Shown one piece after another: positions 26,449-42,482 of a stretch of DNA of 64,000 nucleotides. Each line of letters starts with the position of its first letter. Position 1 is the first letter of the stretch. The notes below the pieces were generated by a model, which worked only from the letters and a program-made list of their open reading frames with translations, did not search any database and was not told the origin of the DNA. The stretch comes from the human T2T-CHM13v2.0 reference genome, Homo sapiens: assembly GCF_009914755.1 (NCBI RefSeq), contig NC_060939.1; one strand, written 5' to 3'. The translations under genes were made by a program, and so were the position numbers.

Positions 26449-28865
26449 GTCAGTAAAAGATATTAGAAGATACAGACTCATGGTGATTGAGGTACACTTA
26501 AGCATGATAATCTATAATACCAGGTAATTACAATGTGTATTAGCTATTATTAACACTCAGAATGTATTGATTTCTAAGATTATTATACACAAATGTATCT
26601 GGTAGTAGCAGATAGCATTTGTGTGTATATAGAATGCAGGGAAATAGAGCTGTGGATGAGAGAGGTGCCAGTTTTCAATAAATTAATGAAAGACAAGCAT
26701 TCTCCATAAACTATTTGCATTGAGGCAACTTATTTTAATTTTAATATTATTTAAGCTTAGTTGTGAAATTCTAAATACCTGAATTTCTAAATTTAGATTT
26801 CTAAATTCCTTGACAAAATTTATCTTCCTTGTGGTTAACTAAATCAATTAACCTTGCAAAGGGAAGGTTAAAAGGACTTCTGTATGCTACATTCTCACAG
26901 CATGAAAGAGAACAGGCAGAGAAGCCTGAGTGAACTGCTGGTAGAGTTCAAGGAAAGGCTTGTACAAGCAGATGATCAGTTCTGTTCTTGCTAAAATTTG
27001 GGAAAGAAATACATTGTGGTTTCTTCAGATGACAGCATCGTAATTCACTTAGCTCTCCCCTACCTTTTCACAAAAAGGCCAAAACCCCATAGGAAATGTG
27101 AGCACTGACATTTTCTACCCAGGATCAAAAACTGACTATGTGCCAGAAATTGAAAACAATACAGCTAAAACAGTAAATACACAGTAATGTGTTGAAAGAA
27201 ATAGGCTGCTGGACTGGTCAGTGACACAATCCATCATTTCTATTTTAACTTCTGATGGATAGAAAGGTTAAAAAAAAATATGTTTGGATTGGCAGATTTC
27301 CATGCAAATATAATGACAACCAAACAAATACTAGAGAATTTTTGCATTAATTTACAGATTATGCCCCAAAGATTTACACTAAACACTATGTTTTAATGAC
27401 AAGTTTCATTATATATTTCTACTTGATTTCCAGGCAGTTAAAAGCTAGCTTAAGGGCCATCTAGAAGGCATGATTTCTTTGCTTTCTACAAAATGCTAAA
27501 GCTTCTTTATCATTCCGTATTCAGCCATGAACTCAGCTGCACAAGCCAAATGTGAAGATTTTATGGGCCAATCTATCATGCGAATACGTGAACAAGAATA
27601 CAAGCCTACTCATGCAGACGCTAAGGGTGATTTCCATTTTTATGAATGAAAAAGAACCCTGAATAAACATTCTTTATTTAAAGTTTTAAATGAAGAAAGA
27701 TGCAAAACAAAATGGAAGCATTTTGTTTTATATGTCAATATCTTGTAAGAGGGGCAAAGTAAGGAATCTGGCTCACGTGATTCCCAAGACAGCAATATCT
27801 CCTTTGCATTAAGTACATAAATGAGATTTATGGCCACTGACCTAATCTTAGATGCCAAAATGTACAGCAGGAACAGCTTTCTGAAAAACTTAATTTAAAA
27901 TTATGGTGTTAACAAAAGCACTTTAGGAAGCAGACAACCTACCCGGCATACATACACATATGCACCTGAGACCTGACTATAGAAAGGAGCCTTGGTTATT
28001 TGCATAAAGCTTTAGAATACGTTTCTGACACACTTCAAATCCTCAGGTTTTACTTTTTCTCTTTACAACCTTGATGTTTTTGAATTTCTAAATAAATACA
28101 TATTACCAGACAGTCAATGCTAATCATTAAACATCATTTAATACCAGACATTTATAGATTCAGGTTTTGGGAAGAATAAAAGTAAAGAAAAATAAATAAA
28201 CCTGTTAATTTATTTTCTGTTTTAAAAAGCAATTTTCTTACTCACTAAATACTAACTAAATTAGCACCTTGGAGAAAAGAAAAGGCTTAAGCAGCTGCAT
28301 GTAACATGCTTTCTCCACTGAATGAGAGAAACGTGGCTCAGATGCTGCTAGTCCACTGGTAAGCGGTGGGAGGTTTCCTTGAATATATTGGTTTTTGACC
28401 TTGAAGAGTAAGATAAAATAAAGAAAACAGTAAATGAGACCTATAATGACAGATGTCAAATAAACACTTTCCTAATATAGTCCCATAAAACAGAATTCCT
28501 GGAAAAAATAACATCCTGTAGAATGAAATGTCAAGTTAAGGAAATACGTCCCTTCCTTTATCACTGGGTTTTAATAAGTGAATTATGCATAGTTAGAGAA
28601 GGTAAACATACAGTAACAAATGCTGTTTAAATGATCTCAAAGTTCAAGAGTTTTTACATTAAAATATAGACTTGAAGCATTTAAATGTACATTTCAGGTA
28701 TACATAAATCTATCATCTTCCCGAAACAGATAAATCATGCTACCACATAACATGTACATAGGGCTAAAAAGATTTTTAGAGTACCATTGAAAATTTGAAA
28801 CTAAAATGCAGGATTCAAAAGAACACTGGGTGCTATAAGTTATTGGAAGATTTAATTTTAAATTC

Positions 28866-29395
28866 CTATCTTTGTTTGGGTTGTCCCAAAAGAGAGTCTA
28901 ACATTTGAACTTGGATGTTGGTAATTTTTTTGAAAGATGAATCCCAGAAAGCAGAGTGAGGAGAATGAGACAGGGAAGGAAAAGTCAATAATGCTATTGA
29001 GTTGTTTAATGATCTGGGCAGCCAAGGATCAATTCTACTGGGGATTTTCTGAGGAACTCTGTAGAATGTGCCCTAAAATTGTTCATCCGAAGGATGTCAG
29101 GTTGGTGCCTTTATTCTCAATATCCTGTCCTGTCTCCATTATTGAGGGTTCCTGCAGGTGGTGGCAAGTCCCTCACCCTTCCAGTCTTCCCTGACACAAG
29201 AGCTGAGGGAGCGCCTTTGGCTTCAGAGAAAGCTCTGAGGCAGAAGAATGGAGAAATGTATGCCCAGAGCTTTTGGTAGAGCATTGTCATTCTGTCCAAA
29301 ACTGTTTGGCACCACTGTAGCTGCAGCCATAGATAGGACAACAGCACACAATGGGAGGACAAAAATCCTGTGCTCCAGATGCCAAGTCAGCTACA
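28866..29395 (-). mobile_element. Old ERVL-class LTR (LTR33-like)
   Basis: 'tttgggttgtcccaaaag...atcccagaaagcagagtgag...gagacagggaagga...cagagaaagctctgaggcaga...gctaca'. Confidence 0.55.
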
Positions 29396-29871
29396 AAAAC
29401 TCCTTACATTGCTTCGAATCAGCTTCTAGGATGGAAATTGATAAGACTCTTCATAAACATAAAGTTTTTGTATTCTATTCCTAAATTTTAAAATATCAGA
29501 AAATAATTTATAAAAATAATTCACATGTTCACATAACCAATATCATTTCCAATTATCATATTTTTGGTGTGTGAGTGTAAGTGGGTTTTCAGAAGAAATT
29601 AATGAAAAAATTAGGCAAAAGGATAAATTTGAAAGTTAAAAAAGGAGCCAATGATGCTAAAAGAGAGAAAGAAAAAATATTTATGACAACCAATTTTCAC
29701 ATTGCATCTGCACTACAGAATGAATTAAATGGAAAGTAATATAATTTGATCAGTTTTATTCCTTTTTATCTCAATAAAGAACAATCTGGCTTGGATTAGT
29801 TTCACATTTTTCAACTGGTTGTTTTAGCATCATGAACACATTGTCTTAATTGTACTTTTTAAAAGGCCATA

Positions 29872-30085
29872 TATTATTGCAGTTAAAATAGCTCAGGCCT
29901 TGGGGTCAGATGCCTATGTTTGAATTCCCACTCTGCAACTTACCAGGTGTGCAAAATGGTGACAAGGACAGTACTTAGTAATATTCAATAATTAGTAATT
30001 TAGAATTAAATTATATAAAACATATGGAGCCCTCAAAAGAGTGTCTATCTCAAAGTAGATGCTCAGTACTGTTAGTGACGATAAT
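29872..30085 (+). mobile_element. MIR SINE
   Basis: 'ggccttggggtcagatgcctatgtttgaattcccactctgcaacttacc...agtagatgctcagta'. Confidence 0.7.
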
Positions 30086-30992
30086 TAGTTAATGTTATTG
30101 TTAAATTACGAAGTAAGGAGTCATAACAAGTTTGTAATTGTATGTGCATGCACATACAATTACACTACAAAGCAATAAAGGAGAAAAAGAAAATATAACT
30201 GATTCAAATATACACTGTTTTGTAGAAGGGGAGTCAAAGATTTCCAGATGGGGGGTGAAGTTTCATTTCAGTCCTCTTCCTTTGTTAAAGAAAGGATGTT
30301 ATCCTCATACAGTTCACTTCAAATGAGCAGTTATCCATACACAGCTTGTGTGAGGATGTCAAATAAGAAGGAAAAAGATTAGTGAGCAGAATAAGAAATG
30401 GAGAATCAGGAAGCTAAAAAAAAAAAAAGCTGAAATTGAATAAGTTAAGTGCAATTTAAATTTAGTGAAACTAAAACTTAAAAAAGTGAGCAGTTTATCT
30501 ATTGATGAAAAAGACCAATATCTGAGAATGGCAAACAGATTGATATTGGTGATGCAATGTGGCCAATGACCACGTAAAATAACAGAAGTCACACAGCAAT
30601 GATACGAATACTTGGTATCTTGCAATCATGCAAAGGAGCAAAAGTATTATACTACAAAAGGCATAGAGTTAGGCTACGAATTGCTCAAAGAAAAGGGAAA
30701 AATATCATATAGCTATTATAGGAAGAAAAGACAAAGTAAAAAAGCATCAATTAAAATACTCCAGTAGGAAAAAGGGTTGATCATGCAACGTCAGGCCATG
30801 ATTAGAAAGTAATAGGCTAGCACAATTAATAAATGATTCCAATTACATAAATTAGTTAATACATAAATTAATAACCTTGTCCAAAACTGGCCAAAGTAAT
30901 ATACATGATGAAACTTAAAGCACTGAGCGTACCTGTAAGAAATTAAACTTATATTCATTCTGGGTTAAATTTGTTATTGCATATTACACTCT

Positions 30993-31358
30993 GGGTGGGA
31001 GTGTAAATTAGGTCAACCATTGTGGAAGACAGTGTGGTGATTCCTTAAAGACCTAGAGGCAGAAATACTATTTGACCCAGCAGTCTCATTACTGAGTATA
31101 TATGTGAAGGAATATAAATTATTCTATTATAAAGATACATGCACCCATAGGTTCACTGCAGCACTATTCACAATAGCAAAGACATGGAATCAACCTAAAT
31201 GCCCATTAGTGATAGACTGGATAAAGAAAATGTGGTACATATACACCATGGAGTACTATGCAGCCATAAAGAAGAACAAGATCTTGTCCTTTGCAGGGAC
31301 ATGGATGGAATTGGAAGCCATTATCCAGCAAACTAACATAGGAACAGAAAACCAAACA
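30993..31358 (+). mobile_element. L1PA13-like ORF2 end fragment, truncated at both ends, no poly(A)
   Basis: ORF 31104-31367 ([16 protein letters not shown]...WIKKMW). It stops at 'aaccaaacac', before the 3' UTR. Confidence 0.9.
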
Positions 31359-33542
31359 CGGATCTAAATACTCTTAAGGATCTAATGGGCACCAAACAGG
31401 CCACGGATGTCCATTTTTAATTTTTCAAAGTCCTCTAAATTTGTATTTAAAAATGGAAGAGGGAAGGATACTTACATAAGATTCTGCCAATTTCAGGTCA
31501 AAAAGAAACATTTTTTAAAAAAAGGTAAAAATGATCTAAAGATACCTTAAAGATCAACTTGCATCAATTAATTCTAATACCCTTGAATTTCTAATTAAGT
31601 TCGGTTTAAAATAGGTACATACACAAAAATATAGCTTGAAGATAAACTTGTATATTATGATAGCAAAATAAAGTATATTTTCTTCCAGTTTTTCAAAGTC
31701 ATTTCTTTTTTTCTTTTCTTCTACTTTTATTTTAAGTTCAGGGGTAAATGTGCAGGATGTGCAGGTTTGTAACATAGGTAAATGTGTGCCATGGTGGTTT
31801 GCTGCACAGATCATCCCATCACCTAGGTATTAAGTGCAGCATCCATTAGGTATTCTTCCTAATGCTTTCCCTACCCCTACCCCATGCCCCCAATAGGCCC
31901 CTGTGTGTGTTGTTCCCCACCACGTGTCCATGTGTTCTCATCATTCAGCTCCCACTTACAAATAAGAACATGCAGTGTTTGGTTTTTCTGTTCCTATGTT
32001 AGTTTGCTGAGGATAATGGCTTCCAACATCATCCATGTCCCTGCAAAGGACAAGATTTTGTTCTTTTTTTATGGCTGCACAGTATTCCACGGTGTATATG
32101 TACCAGATTTTCTTTATCCAGTCTTTCACTGATGGGCATTTAAGCTGATTCCATGTCTTTGCTATTGTGAATTGTGCTGCAATGAACCTATGTGTGCATG
32201 TATCTTTATAATAATTTATATTCCTTTGGGTATATACTCAGTAATGGTATTGCTGGGTCAAATGGTATTTCTGCCTCTAGGTCTTTGAGAAATTGCCACA
32301 CCGTATTCAACAATGGTTGAACTAATTTACACTCTCACCAACAGTGTAAAAGCATTCCTTTTTCTCCACAACCTTGCCAGTATCTCTTGTTTTTTGACTT
32401 TTTAATAATAACCATTCTGAATGGCATGAGATGGTATTTCACTGTGGTTTTGATTTGCATTTCTCTAATGATCAATGATGTTGAGCTTTTTTACATATGT
32501 TTGTTGGCTGCATGTATGCCTTCTTTTGGTATGGGTCTGTTCATGTCCTTTGCCCACTTTTTAATGGGGTTATTTCCTGTAAATTTAAGTTCCTTGTAGA
32601 CTCTGTATATTAGGCCTTTGCCAGATGAAAAGATTGCAAAAATTTCCTCCCATTCTGTAGGTTGTCTGTTTACTTTGTTGATAGTTTTTTTATTTTTTAT
32701 TTTATTTTATTTTTCTGCTATGCTCTTTAGTTTAATTAGATCCCATTTGTCAATTTTTGCTTTTGTTATCTTTGTCATAAAATCTTTGCCCATGCCTATG
32801 TCCTGAATGATACGCCTAGGTTTCTTCAAGGGTTTTTATAGTTTTGGGTTTTGCATTTAAGTCATTAATCCATCTTGAGTTAGTTTTTGTACACGGTATA
32901 AGGAAGGGGTCCAGTTTCAATTTTCTGCATATGGCTAGCCAGTTCTCCCAGGATCATTTATTAAATAGGGAATGCTTTCCCCATTGCTTGTTTTTGTCAA
33001 AGATCAGATGATTGTATGTGTGCAGACTTATTTCTGAGTTCTCTGTTCGATTCCATTGGTCTATGTGTCTGTTCTTGTACCAGTCCCATGATGTTTTGGT
33101 TACTGTGGTCTTGTAGTATAGTTGGAAGTTGTATAGCACAATGCCTCCAGCTTTGTTCTTTTTGCTTATGATTGTCTTGGCTCTTTGGCCTGTGTTTTGG
33201 TTCCATATGAATTTTTAAATAGTTTCTTCTAATTCTGTGAAGAATGTCAATGGTAGTTTAATGGGAATAGCATTGAATCTATAAATTACTTTGGGTAGTA
33301 TGACCAGTTCATGATATTGATTCTTCCTATCCATGAGCACTGAATCTTTATCCATTTGTGTCCTCTGATTTCTTTGAGCAGTAGTTTCTAGTTCTTCTTG
33401 AAGAGATTCTTCACTTCCCTTGCTAGCTGTATTTCTAGGTATTTTATTCTTTTTGTAGCAATTGTGAATGGGAGTTCATTCAAGATTTAGCTCTCTGCTT
33501 GCCTGTTGTTGGTGTATAGGAATGTCAGCAATTTTTGCACAC

Positions 33543-36530
<2,988 letters not shown>

Positions 36531-36577
36531 TAAATTTCCCTCTTAACACTGTTTTAGCTGCATCCCAGAGATTCTGA

Positions 36578-36946
<369 letters not shown>

Positions 36947-39900
36947 TAATTTCATTACTTATCCAAGAGTCATTCAGGAGCAGGTTGTACAATATCCATG
37001 TAGTTTTGTGTGGTTTTGAGTAAATTTCTTAATCCCAAATTCTAATTTGATTGTGCTGTGGTTGGAGAGACTGTTTTTTATGACTTTAGTTCTTTTGAAT
37101 TTGCTGAGGGGTGTTTTACTTCCGATTATGTGATCAACTTTAGAGTAAGTGTTGTGTGGTCATAAGATGTACATTCTGTTGTTTTTAGGTGAAGAGTTTT
37201 GTAGATATCTATCAAGTCCACTTAGTCCACAGCTGAGTTCAGGTCCTGGCTATCATTGTTAATTTTCTGTCTCAATGATCTGTGTAATATTGTCAGTGGG
37301 GTGTTAAAGTCTCCCACTATTATTGTGTGGGAGTCTGTCCCTCTGAGGTCTCTAATAAATTGCTTTATGAATCTGGATGCCCCTTTGTTGGGTGCATATA
37401 TGTTTAGCACAGTTAGATTTTCTTGTTGAATCAAACCCTTTACCATTATGTAATGCCCTTCTTTGTGTTTTTTGATCTTTGTTGGTTTAAAGTCTGTTTT
37501 GTTAGAAACTAGGATTGCAACCCCTGAGTTTTTTGGTTTTCCATTTACTTGGTAAATTTTCCTCCATTCCTTTATTTTGAGCCTATTTGTGTTTCTGTAG
37601 GCGAGATGGATCTCTTGAAGACAGCACATTGATGGGTCTTGGCTGTTTGTCCAACTTGCCATTCTGTGTCTTTAAATTAGGGTATTTAGCCCATTTACAT
37701 TTAAAGTTAGTATTGTTATGTATGAATTTGATCCTGTCATCATGAAGCTAGCTGGTTATTTTGCAGGCTTGTTTATGTGGTTGCTTCATAGTGTCACTAG
37801 TCTGTGTACTTCATTGTGTTTTTGTAGTGGCTGGTAACAGTTTTTTCTTTCTGTATTTAATACATCCTTCAGGAGCTCTTGCAAGGCAAACCTGGTAGTG
37901 ACAAACTCCCTCAGCATGTGTTTGTCTGAAAAGAATCTTATTTCTCTTTTGCTTATGAAGCTTAGTTTGGCTGGATATAAAATTCTGGGTTGGAAATTCT
38001 TTTCTTTAAGAATGTTGAATATTCGCCCCAATCTCTTCTGGCTTGTGGGGTTTCTACTGAGAGGTCTGCTGTTAGTTTGATGGGCTTCCCTTTGTAGGTG
38101 ACCTGGCCTTTCTCTCTGGCTGCCCTTGACATTTTTTCTTTCATTTTGAACTTCAAGAATCTGATGATTATGTGTCTGGGGATTGATCTTCTCATGGAGT
38201 ATCTTACTGTGGTTCTCTGCATTTCCTGAATTTGAATGTTGGCCTGTCTTACTAGGTTGGGGAAGTTCTCCTGGAGGATATTCTGAAGTATATTTTCCAC
38301 CTTGGTTCCATTCTCCCTGTCTTTTATGGGTACCCTGATCAATAGTTTGGTCTCTTAACATAATTCCATAATTCTTGGAGGTTTTGTTCATTCCTTTTTA
38401 TTCTTTTTTCTCTATTCTTATCTGCCTGTGTGATTTCAGGAAGATCGTCTTCAAACTCTGAGATTCTTTCCTCCGCTCAGTCTATTCTGCTATTGATACT
38501 TGTGATTGCATTGTGTAGTTCTCATGTTGTTTTTCAGCTCCATCAAGTTGGTTATGTTCCTCTCCAGAATGGCTATTCTGGCTATCAGCTCCTGTACTGT
38601 TTTTTCATTATTCTTAGAAATGAAAGAATATTTCATGCTCTTTTAGCTCAGTTAAGTTCATTATTACCCACCTTCTGAAGCCTACTTCTATTAATTCAGC
38701 TATCTCAGCCTCAGCCCAGTTCTGTGCCCTTGCTGGAGTGGTGTTGCAGTCATTTGGAGAAGAGGTCCTCTGGCATTTTTAGTTTTCAGTGTTTTTGCAT
38801 TGATTCTTTCTCATCTTTGTGGGCTTATTTTCCTTTGATCTTTGAGGTTGCTGATGTTTGAATGGTGTTTTTATTGGGTCTTTTTTGTTGATGTTGTTTT
38901 TTCTGTTTGTTTTTCTTTTAACAGTCAGGCTACTCTTCCACAGAGCTGCTGTGGTTTGCTGGGGGTCCACTCCAGACTCTAGTTGCCTCATTTTTCTTGT
39001 GCCTGGAGGCATCACCAGTGAAGGCTGAGAAACAGTAAAGCTGTCAGCCTGCTCCTTCCTCTGAAAGCTCTGTCCCAGGGGGGTACTGACCTGTCGCTGT
39101 TCCAAACACGCTTGTAGGAGGTGGCTGGAGATCCCTTTTGGGAGGTCTCACCCAGTCAGTAGGAACAGGATCAGGGACCTGCTTAAAGAAGCAGCCTGGC
39201 TGCTTTTTGGCAGAGCAGGTGTGCTGCACTGGGGGGCACCCTTCCTCATCTGGACCATTTGTATTCTCCAAAGCCAGCAGGCTGGAATGGCTGACTGGAC
39301 CAAACTGCAGAGATGGTAGCTGCCCCTCACCACAGGAACTCGGTCCCATCTCAGGCAGACTCCAGCCTGTTGCCATTGACTGGCTGGAATTGCAAGCCAG
39401 TGAGTCTTAACTTGTGAGGTGCTGTGGAAGTGGGGCCCTCAGAATGATGCTGCTTGGCTCCCTGGGTTCACCCTCTTCCTAGGGATATGTATGGATGGAT
39501 CTCTTGCTTTGCTGGAGATCCCGGGACCAGAATATGTATAATTCCTGGTTCTCTGTATGTGCGTGAGTGGCTGCTCTGCCAAGACTTCACACAGTTCTGT
39601 GTATCAGACGCAAGTCTCTGGTAGTGTGGGCTCACAAGGAGATCTCCTGATCTATGGGTTGCAAAGATCCATGAGATAAGTGTGGTTTCCTAGGCAGGGC
39701 CACACAATCACTCACTGCTTCCCTTGGCTAGGGGTGGCAGTTCCTTTGGCTCCATGCTGCTCCCGGGTGGGCTGTTGTTCCACCCTGCTTTTCTTCTTTC
39801 TCCGTAGGTTGAGTTGTTTTCTTAGTCAGTCCCAATGCAAGAACCTGGATATTTCAGTTGAAGGTGCTAAATTCACTCAAAGCTTTCATTCCTCTCTGAT

Positions 39901-40279
39901 GGTGCCATGGACTGCAGCTGCTTCTAATTGGCCATGTTGGCCCCTCCAAAGTGGTTTCTAAGTGGGTTTTAAACTGGATTTTCATATCAAAACATAGTGT
40001 TGTTATTAGATGGGTTTTCATAATAAGAAGATTAGAAAAAATGTTCAATATTTTCCTGTAAAACTAGCCAATAATTTAGAGAATTTAGAAAACTAAGGTA
40101 ATTAATTCATCTTCATCAGGTCTGTTTTTCTTTATAATTTTAAGAGGAGGTTCATTAATTCATGGGTTATCTTATTTTATTCTTTAAGATATCAAATGAG
40201 AACTCAGCTCTCTGTAGTAGTCCTGAAACTGGCTTTAATAACGATCAGTTCAAAGCTATTCTTTCTCATCTATACTTTC

Positions 40280-40470
40280 ACCCACTTCTTCTTACCCTCA
40301 CTGTGATTGTATTGAAGCAAATTCCAGATTTCATAGCATGTCATCCATATATATTTCAGTAAGTAAAGCTAGGGAACTCTATTTCTTTTTGAATATACCT
40401 AGAATACCATTGTCACACTTAAAAATAATAATTCCTTAATATTATCAACTATCTAGTCAATGTTCACATC
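40280..40470 (-). mobile_element. L1MC-like 3' fragment
   Basis: 'ttgaagcaaattccaga...atatttcagta...ataccattgtcacacttaaaaataataattccttaatattatc'. Confidence 0.6.
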
Positions 40471-40989
40471 AATATTAGATGAAATACAACAAAATGTAAG
40501 ATATCTTAACAAATAATACATTGCCAAGGCAAAACTCATATCTTATCTGTATTTGTGCCTTAATTCTTAAAATACATTTTTGTAATGAATTGAATATTGT
40601 TTTCATTTAAATTATTACCAGGTAAAGTCCTTAAATATCCAATATTATTTTATTTAAAATCCCTACTAAGCAATTCAGAATGATTTTGACTTTATGATTC
40701 CACATTCACCAATGAGTTATCTCTAGTATGTTCACTTTATTCTTAAATAATCACCCTAATGTATAGTTAGGGTGCATAGTTACATATACACACAAAGTAA
40801 AAAGAGATGATGTTGCTTCTATGAATACCACACAAAAGTCCATGATGTCTTTCTAGGTACATCATTGTCTTATTTCCTATTATATATTGCCTCATGATTC
40901 CGTAACTACTTTATAAATGTGGCAATGAATAGACTACTTTAGAAGATGATTCTTAGATAAATAATTTATCCTTTAACAAGTTTAAAGGC

Positions 40990-41110
40990 TAACTTAACAA
41001 ATATTTATTGAGTGCCTACTAAACGTTGGATTTGGTGACATTGTATACACTGTACTGTTAGCAGTCAATAAGAGAAAAATAATCTCTCATTAACTTTATA
41101 ATGTAGTCTT
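40990..41110 (-). mobile_element. L2 3' end
   Basis: 'aacaaatatttattgagtgcctacta'. Confidence 0.6.
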
Positions 41111-42391
41111 GTAGAAAAACTGTAAAAATATGCCAAACAAGGCCCAAGTAAATCTAATTAAAAATAAGGAAATATGATATTTAAAGCACTATCTAACATT
41201 TGTTTCACATGTGAAAATATGATGTTACTAGGAAAAAAATGAGGAAGGCAGGAAGCTTTGCACAAAGGAGGCCACTCAACTAACATCAGTGGGACTAAAC
41301 TGATTGATCTAGGTTTTCTCTGGATAAGCATTCATTACCCTTCATGTTTAATAACAGTTATGTGTTTTTAAGGCAAGTTAAACAACTTGTAATTAAACCT
41401 GAAGTAGTCAATTAAGATAAGTTTGAAACATCAAGTCTATGTTTTATTAAAAAATGTCTTTCTTTTTCAGAAGTTTATGATTACCACTGATGATAAAGAG
41501 AAGCCAGACTAGAAAGAAAAAGGATTGGCAGGACATACATTAAGTTCAAAGAGGAAATGTGAATTGCTGATCCTAAATCCATTTAAAAATGTTCTCTGCC
41601 TTTAGAAAAATATTTGTTCCAAGCTGAAAGCCTCATTATACACAATAGAACTGACCCTTAGTTTATAATTAGGCTTGGGTCAAAAGTCTTAACCAAAAAA
41701 TTCAAAATATACATAAGTATATGACCTGAATAAGGAATGTCTCCAGTTAAGTGCAAGCTGTGTTTAAAAAGCTCTCAGGAAAGACTCAATTACCATCCCC
41801 TGTTCTTTTAGGAAACCATTCAGGAGAGACTTAAAAGGATGTTACAAAAAATGCTAGATTCCAAAAGGATTTTATATTCTCTCATTAGATCTTCAGTTAA
41901 ATGACCAAATGACAGATATAAAATTGAATAAAAAAAGAGTAAAATAGCATATGATATAATACATTGTATTTCCATGTTTGTGGACCACGGTTTAAATTAT
42001 AAACAAAATAAAAAGTAGGTAACTGGACTCCATACTCTGTCTAACTGAATAACTTTATTCAGCTACAATGAAGGTAGAAAATTCTTTATTTATATATTAG
42101 GCCACAGTTAAAGAATGTGCAAAAATATAAGCAAATACTAGTTCTTATCTTAAACTGAATTTGAACTACCTTTGGACCTAATCCTGGGGAATTACTTTTA
42201 AAACAGTGGGAATCATATTTCTAAAATGACTTTAATCCTCTTTGCCTTTGGGAAACTATTAGAGAAGACAGCCATTTTGGGGAGGAAAATGTTTTTTATG
42301 GTTGACTAGGAAAAAATATGGCATATATGTTAAAATACAGAATACAATTAATCAAAGATGTTAAAATATGGAAAAAATAAAATCAGTAGAA

Positions 42392-42482
42392 TATAGTATT
42401 ATCATCCATATTTTATAGATGAGTGAACTAAGACAATAGAAGTTAGAAGATATGCCCAAAGTCACTTGACATGAAAGTGGAA
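42392..42482 (-). mobile_element. MIR core fragment
   Basis: 'tattatcatccatattttatagatgagtgaactaagac...gcccaaagtcac'. Confidence 0.7.

Noticed and set aside
29408-29480. In-frame TGA in a candidate exon as selenocysteine
   Set aside because: No SECIS-like element seen, no selenoprotein similarity, and the exon itself is unproven.
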